This document shows, piece after piece, positions 36,401-46,500 of a stretch of DNA of 64,000 nucleotides. The DNA is from Nemertoderma westbladi. Taxonomy: Eukaryota > Animalia > Xenacoelomorpha. Below the pieces are notes generated by a model. It was given only the letters and a program-made list of their open reading frames with translations, was not told the DNA's origin and did no database searches. The stretch is from contig JAUCBJ010001142.1 of the NCBI GenBank assembly GCA_032718475.1, positions 1-64,000 of the forward strand, read 5' to 3'. The stretch's first letter is position 1, and every line of letters begins with the position of its first letter. The position numbers and the translations under genes are program-made.

Positions 36401-39400
36401 CCTGTGAGGTGCGTAGCAGTAGGGTTATGAATTAATCACACTAGCCTGTGAGGTGCGTAGCAGTAGGGTTAGGAATTAGTCACACTAGCCTGTGAGGTGC
36501 GTAGCAGTAGGGTTAGGAATTAGTCACACTAGCCTGTGAGGTGCGTAGCAGTAGGGTTAGGAATTAGTCTCACTAGCCTGGGAGGTGGGTAGCAGTAGGG
36601 TTAGGAATAAGACACACTAGCCTGTGAGGTGCGTAGCAGTAGTGTTAGGAATTAGTCACATTAGCCTGGGAGGTGCGTAGCAGTAGGGTTAGGAATTAAT
36701 CACACTAGCCTGTGAGGTGCGTAGCAGTAGTGTTAGGAATTAGTCACATTAGCCTGGGAGGTGCGTAGCAGTAGGGTTAGGAATTAGTCACACTAGCCTG
36801 TGAGGTGCATAGCAGTAGGGTTAGGAATTAGTCTCACTAGCCAGTGAGATGCGTAGCAGTAGGGTTAGGAATTAATCACACTAGCCTGTGAGGTGCGTAG
36901 CAGTAGGGTTAGTAATTAATCACACTAGCCTGTGAGGTGCATAGAAGGTGGGTTTAGTCAAACTAGCCTGTGAGGTGCGTAGCAGTAGGGTTAGGAATTA
37001 ATCACACTAGCCTGTGAGGTGCGTAGCAGTAGGGTTAGGAATTAGTCTCACTAGCCTGGGAGGTGCATAGTAGGTGGGTTAGGAATTAGTCAAACTAGCC
37101 TGTGAGGTGCGTAGCAGTAGGGTTAGGAATTAATCACACTAGCCTGTGAGGTGCGTAGCAGTAGGGTTAGTAATTAATCACACTAGCCTGTGAGGTGCAT
37201 AGAAGGTGGGTTAGGAATTAGTCAAACTAGCCTGTGAGGTGCGTAGCAGTAGGGTTAGGAATTAGTCAAACTAGCCTGGGAGGTGGGTAGCAGTAGGGTT
37301 AGGAATTAGACACACTAGCCTGTGAGGTGCGTAGCAGTAGTGTTAGGAATTAGTCACATTAGCCTGGGAGGTGCGTAGCAGTAGGGTTAGGAATTAGTCA
37401 CACTAGCCTGTGAGGTGCGTAGCAGTAGGGTTAGGAATTAGTCTCACTAGCCAGTGAGATGCATAGCAGTAGGGTTAGTAATTAATCACACTAGCCTGTG
37501 AGGTGCATAGAAGGTGGGTTAGGAATTAGTCAAACTAGCCTGTGAGGTGCGTAGCAGTAGGGTTAGGAATTAGTCACACTAGCCTGTGAGGTGCGTAGCA
37601 GTAGGGTTAGGAATTAATCACACTAGCCTGTGAGGTGCATAGAAGGTGGGTTAGGAATTAGTCAAACTAGCCTGTGAGGTGCGTAGCAGTAGGGTTAGGA
37701 ATTAATCACACTAGCCTGTGAGGTGCGTAGCAGTAGGGTTAGGAATTAGTCAAACTAGCCTGTGAGGTGCGTAGCAGTAGGGTTAGGAATTAGTCACACT
37801 AGCCTGTGAGGTGCGTAGCAGTAGGGTTAGGAATTACTCACATTAGCCTGTGAGGTGCGTAGCAGTAGGGTTAGGAATTAGTCACACTAGCCTGGGAGGT
37901 GCGTAGCAGTAGGGTTAGCAATTAGTCACACTAGCCTGTGAGGTGCGTAGCAGTAGGGTTAGGAATTACTCACATTAGCCTGTGAGGTGCGTAGCAGTAG
38001 GGTTAGGAATTAGTCACACTAGCCAGTGAGATGCGTAGCAGTAGGGTTAGGAATTACTCACATTAGCCTGTGAGGTGCGTAGCAGTAGGGTTAGGAATTA
38101 GTCACACTAGCCTGGGAGGTGCGTAGCAGTTGGGTTAGGAATTAGTCACACTAGCCTGTGAGGTGCGTAGCAGTAGGGTTAGGAATTACTCACATTAGCC
38201 TGTGAGGTGCGTAGCAGTAGGGTTAGGAATTAGTCACACTAGCCTGGGAGGTGCGTAGCAGTTGGGTTAGGAATTAGTCTCACTAGCCTGGGAGGTGCGT
38301 AGCAGTAGGGTTAGGAATTAGTCACATTAGCCTGTGAGGTGCGTAGCAGTTGGGTTAGGAATTAGTCACACTAGCCTGTGAGGTGAGTAGCAGTAGTGTT
38401 AGGAATTAGTCACATTAGCCTGGGAGGTGCGTAGCAGTAGGGTTAGGAATTAATCACACTAGCCTGTGAGGTGCATAGAAGGTGGGTTACGAATTAGTCT
38501 CACTAGCTTGTGAGGTGGGTAGCAGTAGGGTTAGGAATTAGTCACATTAGCCTGTGAGGTGCGTAGCAGTTGGGTTAGGAATTAGTCACACTAGCCTGTG
38601 AGGTGCGTAGCAGTAGGGTTAGGAATTAGTCACATTAGCCTGTGAGGTGCGTAGCAGTAGGGTTAGCAATTAGTCACACTAGCCTGGGAGGTGCGTAGCA
38701 GTAGGGTTAACAATTAGTCACACTAGCCTGTGAGGTGCGTAGCAGTAGGGTTAGGAATTACTCACATTAGCCTGTGAGGTGCGTAGCAGTTGGGTTAGGA
38801 ATTACTCACATTAGCCTGTGAGGTGCGTAGCAGTAGGGTTAGTAATTAATCACACTAGCCTGTGAGGTGCGTAGCAGTAGGGTTAGGAATTACTCACATT
38901 AGCCTGTGAGGTGCGTAGCAGTTGGGTTAGGAATTAGTCACACTAGGCTAGGAGGTGCGTAGCAGTAGGGTTAGGAATTAGTCACATTAGCCTGTGAGGT
39001 GCGTAGCAGTTGGGTTAGGAATTAGTCACACTAGCCTGTGAGGTGCGTAGCAGTAGGGTTAGCAATTAGTCACACTAGCCTGGGAGGTGCGTAGCAGTAG
39101 GGTTAACAATTAGTCACACTAGCCTGTGAGGTGCGTAGCAGTAGGGTTAGGAATTACTCACATTAGCCTGTGAGGTGCGTAGCAGTTGGGTTAGGAATTA
39201 CTCACATTAGCCTGTGAGGTGCGTAGCAGTTGGGTTAGGAATTACTCACATTAGCCTGTGAGGTGCGTAGCAGTAGGGTTAGGAATTAGTCACACTAGCC
39301 TGTGAGGTGCGTAGCAGTAGGGTTAGGAATTACTCACATTAGCCTGTGAGGTGCGTAGCAGTTGGGTTAGGAATTACTCACATTAGCCTGTGAGGTGCGT

Positions 39401-39980
39401 AGCAGTTGGGTTAGAAATTACTCACATTAGCCTGTGAGGTGCGTAGCAGTTGGGTTAGGAATTACTCACATTAGCCTGTGAGGTGCGTAGCAGTTGGGTT
39501 AGGAATTACTCACATTAGCCTGTGAGGTGCGTAGCAGTAGGGTTAGGAATTAGTCACACTAGCCTGGGAGGTGCGTAGCAGTAGGGTTAGGAATTAGTCT
39601 CACTAGCCTGGGAGGTGCGTAGCAGTAGGGTTAGGAATTAGTCTCACTAGCCTGGGAGGTGCGTAGCAGTAGGGTTAGGAATTAGTCACATTAGCCTGGG
39701 AGGTGCGTAGCAGTAGGGTTAGGAATTAGTCTCACTAGCCTGGGAGGTGCGTAGCAGTAGGGTTAGGAATTAGTCACATTAGCCTGGGAGGTGCGTAGCA
39801 GTAGGGTTAGGAATTAGTCACACTAGCCTGGGAGGTGCGTAGCAGTAGGGTTAGGAATTAGTCACATTAGCCTGGGGGGTGCGTAGCAGTAGGGTTAGGA
39901 ATTACTCACATTAGCCTGTGAGGTGCGTAGCAGTAGGGTTAGGAATTAGTCACACTAGCCTGGGAGGTGCGTAGGAGTAG
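21483..39980 (+). repeat. 44-bp satellite, left block (~420 monomers)
   Basis: Consensus AGGTGCGTAGCAGTAGGGTTAGGAATTAGTCACACTAGCCTGTG, head-to-tail, period 44. Confidence 0.99.
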
Positions 39981-41223
39981 TGTAAAAGCTTTTGCTGAAT
40001 TGTCCGGTTATTTTTCCTTATTTTTCCCGTAAAATACTCTGTAGTTGGTTTACCAGGCATAAAAAGGCCGTGTCCTTGCTGTACTGGTGTTTTAGCGGAC
40101 ATAAAAGCTATTTCTTCTGTATTTGTACTTTAGAGGACATAATCCGTAATTCCGTGACGTAAAAGCTCGATACTCTTGAAAACAGTGTCGCTACCATGAC
40201 GACGGCTAGCAGCTGATATTGCCACGTCGACGTTTCTTTGTTTCTTTGTTCTCTCGTTGTTCAGGTTGACCAATCAGAGCGTTTGTTGTCTCTGTGTTGG
40301 AGGTGTATACAGAAACTCAGTAGTTCAGTGTTATGTTTTGCCCAGAGTCTAAGAACCGGCTTTTGGCACCTCCGTGTTTTCAGTTTTTAGTCCTACACTA
40401 GTAGGCTTAATTATAAGGACATATATCCGTTATCTGTATACTGCAAACGTAACTGATGTCTGATGTCTGATGTTTGATGTCTGCATACTGCATACTGCAT
40501 ACTGCAGTACTGCATACACTGCATACTGTGTAACACTGTGCATACTTTATATTGTTATACTGCTATTTACTGTCGGTTCTTCATAATACGGTTGATGAAT
40601 TATTATATTTGGAATAACGACAAATAACCCCGAAAACCCAATATTCTTGATATACCGAAGGTAAGAGAGAAGGGTTACAGATAAATGATTGCGACCTATG
40701 TTGAGTGGTTTGAAGTGAATCTAATGTTATTTGATAGACCCTACATGATTCGGTCCGTGTTCCTTTTATATATAACTAAAATCAGTGAAGATCGGCAGAT
40801 CAGTGTGCAGTATTGTGCAGCATTGTGTATGAGTGAGACTGATAACGAAGCATTTCCTAAAGAATGCGCCATATATGTGAATTATAACTAAGCCATATCA
40901 TTGTGAGTAGTTTAAGTCATAACTCTGTTTATATAGATAGAGCGCCACGTCCTAAAGGAACTGTTAATATTTCCCGAAGGTGAATAATATTGTCAGAGAT
41001 TATATAATACTGTCAGTCGAATAATACATTAGGCTTACATAGCAATAAGATTAAGCCGTCGAACCCAATCTCCCGGGTATATCCAGCGGGTGAATGATCG
41101 CGCACAGATTGGTTTCGACTAGTGTAGTGAATTAAATACTTGTCATAGACTAAAGGTGATTTATTATCTAGAAGACATCCTAATTTGGCGGGTTAAACTG
41201 CCAAAGGTCTGAAAGCGCGAACA
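39981..41223 (+). repeat. 5' LTR, copy A
   Basis: TGTAAAAGC...GCGCGAACA; about 4 substitutions versus the 3' LTR by eye. Confidence 0.97.
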
Positions 41224-41236
41224 ATAACGGATATAT
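41224..41236 (+). promoter_or_regulatory. Non-tRNA primer-binding site of copy A (ATAACGGATATAT), complementary to LTR site 40421-40433
   Basis: Exact 13-nt reverse complement of ATATATCCGTTAT (40421-40433, also 51481-51493). Begins at the first base after the LTR and has no TGG. Confidence 0.78.
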
Positions 41237-43029
41237 CTTCTTTATTGCAGTAAGCAATAAAGTTGAAAGTACCGGTCAACCGGTAAACCTGAAAGGTACA
41301 TCTGTAGGTCCGTAGGCCTAACTGTCCTAACCGGTACTTCCCGTATAAGTACATTAGTATTATTCGATTTTGATAGTTATACACCGGTAGGCCTTAATAA
41401 TTAATCAGGGACTGCAGCCCTGGTTTTTTATTGAGATTTTTACTTATTTCTGTCAAGTTTTATTTATTTGTAGGCCAGTATTGAACAGAAGGCGTGTAAG
41501 CCTGATCATATTGTACAGACGATTTGTAGGCTGAGCTGTTGTCTGATTGCTGTTAAGTCCGAACGAATTGCAGTGTGTGTAGATCACCTGTCCGATTAAG
41601 TACGATTAGGCAGTAGGGGCAGCGAATGCTGTAAGGTAAACCCCCAATTAAAGAATAAGTCGTACTACTGGGTTAGAACGCATACTCCCTAATCATTTCG
41701 GAGTCTGCATGTCCTGCGGTTTATTTAGGCTTGAGAGTAGTCTGCCATCGTTTAGTCTGTACTTTGTTTGTGTAAGTCTGTACGGGTAGCGTATAATTTT
41801 ATTTAGATAATTTGTAGGCTGGATAGTTGTCTGGCTGTTATTAGGTCTGAACGGATTGCAGCGTGTGTAGATCATCTGTCCGATTAAGTACGGTTAGGAA
41901 GTAGGGGCAGCCAATGCGGTAAGGTAAACCCCCAATTAAAGAATAAGTCGCACTACTGGGTTAGAGCGCATACTCCCTAATCATTTCGGAGTCTGCATAT
42001 ACCGTAGTTTGTTTAGGCTTGATAGTAGTCTGTCAGTATTTGGTCTGCATTTTGTTTGAGTAGTTTGTACGCGTAGCGTAATATTTATTATTCAGAGTTT
42101 ATGCGATTATTCGCAACATTCATTCCCCAAGTTTGTTCCTACAGTAATTGTGTTTGTTATACATACCGCTATAGTTAAATTAACCCCGGTACTACACGCT
42201 ACACGGGCTGCTTGGCGTAGGTAAAGACTGGTGATTTTGTGCATCGGTCACTCCAGCAGATGCCGTGGTTCTTTTAGCTGTTCAAGTATATTTAACTACT
42301 GATTATCTGTTGTACAAGTACTCGTACCTAATTTAGGGTTTAGTGTACAGTGCTTTCCGAGAGTAATTAGTGTAGGCATTATATTTGTGTTGTAAAGTGG
42401 TTGATAGGCACATTCGATTAGCTCTATTAACTTCTAGGTAGGAACACTCCGTGATACATAACGTAGAACCTATAGCGATACGGTTATAGGTCGTCAGGCG
42501 GTGGTATTTTTCCTATCTGGACAACGCAGTGTATTTACTACCGCGTATTATTTTCAAATACCGCAGTACCCTGTCCGTTGTAATAACCAGATTTCTAACT
42601 CTTTGTTAGGCTGGTTGTAGACTTCTTGTAAAATTACCCTAAAAATTCGTATTTTGTGTTTTTTGTAAATTTTTGTGTTTATTTAGAGATTGTAATCTCA
42701 ACCCGAATCGTACGTAATTTGTAGTATTAAGTAACTTAGGTAAATTAGTATTATTTGTTTTAGTGTCCTATAAGTAACACTTCACTGAAAGCGCACCGCT
42801 TTGTGTAGTGATTACTCCCCAGAAATAATAACATTTATTTCAACATTGACTAAACCCATTAAAACGGGTATATATATATTATAAATCAAATCTAAAGATT
42901 TATAAATAGTAGGCCAACCATACAACCATTAGGTCTCCATATCAGTTGGTCTACTGCTCAAATAGCGGTAATAAAGTAAGTAAAGTAACCAAGTAACCCT
43001 AAAATTCAGAAATTCAATTATTTAAAATA

Positions 43030-43450
43030 ATTGATATACCGGTATTTACGATAGGCCTATTATCTTTATTTCTATAAATTTCGGCTGAAATTATACCGGT
43101 ACTTGTAATTAATTCTAGTTTGTAATTATACTTATATATATACACTATAAGTGTAAACTGCATACCGGTATTTACGATAGGCCTATTATCTTTATTTCTA
43201 TAAATTTAGGCTGAAATTATACCGGTACTTGTAATTAATTCTAGTCCAGAATTATATATACTACAAACTGTAAGCTGTATACCGGTATTCCGATAGGCCT
43301 ATTATATATTTATATATATTTGTGCTAAAATTATACCGGTATTCTGTGATAAACCTAGTCTGTAATAATAGTTATATATACTATAAGCATACCACCGGTA
43401 TTCTAATATATTATATATATCACACTACACTGAGTAGCAGTACCGGTAAT
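43030..43450. repeat. Imperfect repeats built on TACCGGTA/TAGGCCTA motifs just upstream of gag
   Basis: TACCGGTATTTACGATAGGCCTATTAT at ~43037 and 43163, similar at ~43280; fewer copies in copy B (320-615). Confidence 0.8.
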
Positions 43451-43535
43451 TAATTACTAGGCTAGCAGTTAATACTGAATTACTAGACTTGCTTTAGCTG
43501 TATTTATAGCCGTAGGCATTCAACTGTAAACAAAC

Positions 43536-46500
43536 ATGTCTGACACAACCCAATCACTGTCAGATAGTCTCCTAGATAGTGTTAGAATGACTGTTAGACA
43601 GTGTCTTAAAAAGATCAGTGACCCAGATCCAAGTATAGAACATCCTAGATCCAAGTCTAAGTCCCCTCCTACTGTGCGAAAAATCATCCCTCAAGTAGTA
43701 GTATCAGACCCTAGGCTAGTCCAACATCGTAGGTCTATCATAGGCACTCGAGCTCAGGTCAAGCGGGACCAAGAAGCAGCGGAACCTCAACAACCCGCGA
43801 GCCAAGAACCTAGTTCTCAGCGGCCCGAGAGATCCAGTAGTTCGGATACTGTTGAGCGGACGCCCGAACGCGGAGCGAAGATGGCGGATACGGTTTATGA
43901 TGAACGGCCAACCTATGAAGAATCAACCGACGCCACTTCTTCTCAAGAAGAAAGCGAAGGGACAGCGGAGGGGCCGCGAAAGAGAGATGCCATTGACATC
44001 TATCTGTCAGACTATCAACGCTTTGTGGGAGATGAAGAGTTGAGGAGAAGGCTGGAGGGGCTTAGCCCTAATAGTGAAGGAACCAAGCTTGTGCTGGATG
44101 CAATCGATGCGGAAATGTTAGCGGCGAACCAAGCTAAATTCGATGAACAACTCCGCATCGCTAGAGAAAAGGAAGAACAAGTAAGGAAAAAACGTATAGA
44201 AGATAGAAAGACAGCAGCAGCGGCAGTGGCAGCGGCAGAAGCGGAAAGAAAGGCAGCAGAGGCGGCGGCAGAAAAGACAGTGGCAGCGGCAGAAGCGGAA
44301 AGGAAAGTGGCAGCAGCAGAAGCGGAAAGGAAAGCGGCAGCGGCAGAAGCGGAAAGAAAGATAGCAGTGGCAGAAGCAGAACGGAGGGCATCTGAAGAGA
44401 CAACCCAACTAGAGTTGGAAAATCTTCAAGAGAGGCAAGAAAACTTTAATAAACAGTTAACAGCTAGTAATATGCAGATGATGAATCGATCTACTCCCAA
44501 ACGGCAAGGTTATACATCATCTGAGGAAGGCGATACCACTGACGCTGAAGGCGGAGGAAATCGATCCCGCCTAAGCAGACGTAAAAGAACATTCCACCGT
44601 CAGAAATTGCCTGATTTGCCTCCAGCTGTTAGAAGGCAACTAAATAACACCAACTTAGAGAGTACAGAACCCACAGACCAAATAATTACAATAGAAAGAC
44701 TCCCTACTATAGTAGATGAGCCTGAAATAAGTAGGCCTGTTCTTGAAATCACCCCTTCGGTAATAGATACACCTGTGCTCCCTGAAGCTACCTATAAATT
44801 CCCTCTGCATAGCACTAAGCTACCTGTGCCCCGTAGAACTGCCCAGGAGACAGTTCAGGTCCTGGACCCCGAGCGAAATATTCCAAATTTGTCGCCCGTT
44901 GTCCCTCGTCTGCCCGCTACGACGTTGGCGGATCCCGTTTCGGCGGTTGATTGGGTAGACGAGAGACGGCGGGGGATGGATATTCTCCTAGGAGAGATGA
45001 AGGAGAATCGGATACGCTCTTCCCAACAGGTCCGAGAGTTGGAAGGGACTGTCCAACATTTAAAAGGAACAGTGAGGGAAAGTAAGTTAGAGTTGCAAGA
45101 AGTGCAGCAAAGTATCGCGGTAGAACGCGATAAATTAGTAAACTTAAAAAAGGGTATACCACCACCCTCTGTAACAATGTGTCAACCCGTTAGGTCTGAA
45201 GTATCTCATGCGCAAGGTGTGGAGCCTACACGCATCTATACTGCTAGCGAAGTAGAAACTCCTATAGTGAACCCTATTAAGGGTAATTATAGACCTGTTG
45301 ATAATGATATTCCCTATAGACCGGATCATAATCCGAGAAATTTATATACCGATAACTCGATATTAAATAACACGATGGCCCAAGAAAGTTTTACGCGTCA
45401 AATGGCTAGAACCGAAGCCCGGCAAGCGGTAAAGGTGGGAGAGATCGTCAAGTTCAATGGAGATGAGATGAAATGGTTACCTTTTAATGAATATTACAAA
45501 GATAACATACAGAACTCTGTACTATCTAATGGAGAAAAACTTAGATACCTCATCGAGTGCTTGGAAGGATCTCCCAAGTTAATGGCGTTAAAGTTTATTG
45601 GACATCCAGACGGATTAAGACAAGTTTGGGATACACTAAACATCAGGTATGGTAATAGGAATAATATCGCTGGGTACTTGTATGCAAAGTTAGTAGCGCC
45701 CCGAAAGTTTATTAGTAGCGGAATTATCGAGTTTTCCGATGAGATCCAGGAGATCTGCAGACAATTAGATTGGCTAGGTAAGTCTCATGAATACCAGAAT
45801 TATATGGTTGTAGGAGCCTTAGCATCTACTTTGCCCAAGGGTGGAGTAGGTACACGCTGGGACAAGAAGGTGTTATATATGATGGAACAACAACAACGAG
45901 ACCCTACCATGGCTGATCTCATGTCATTCTTAGATGGAGAAGTGAAATTACAGCTCCTAAGACAGTCCAGAGAGAAGACACTGGAAAACAGGGTAAGTGA
46001 GAAACCCGTTTCTAGGAGAAGGGTAACACCAGTATGTTATACCGACGACGGTGAAAGCCAAACTTCTCAAGGAGAGGACAGCGGGAAAGACACTGACAGA
46101 TCTTATTATGTCAATAAATTGCCTAAAGATCAGGTAAGTAAATCCGAGTCTCGACCCAATGACAGAAGGGAACCGGTACAAAAAACCCTTTCTACATCTC
46201 CTAAAAGAATTCAGGTGAGAAAGCCCGAGGAAAGAACAAGTGTGCACCACATAGCACAGGTTAAAGTAAGTAACATCAAGCCGAAATGTGTGCTGTGCGA
46301 CGGGCCCCACCGTTTAAATGCGTGTGATAAATTCCTGAGGAAATCACTAAAGGATAGACGTGAAGTCATGTGGGATAAGCGGTTGTGTTATAATTGCCTC
46401 AGACGAGGACACCAACGGCGAACCTGTAACTCCGACGCAAGGTGTGCAAAGTGCGGCGCAAAACATCATATCTTGTTGCACACGGAATTCGAACGAAACA

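Noticed and set aside
40450-40500. Hammerhead ribozyme core (CTGATG...)
   Set aside because: The motif is CTGATGT, not CTGANGA, forms a simple heptamer repeat and lacks the GAAA and stem arrangement.
40685-40891. 68-aa ORF in the LTR, also at 51745 and 2825..3019
   Set aside because: Recurrence is explained by LTR nucleotide identity; start codons differ between copies and no motif is recognisable.
41224-41245. Canonical tRNA primer-binding site
   Set aside because: No TGG complementary to CCA near the LTR end in either copy, and the sequence differs between copies in step with the internal LTR site.
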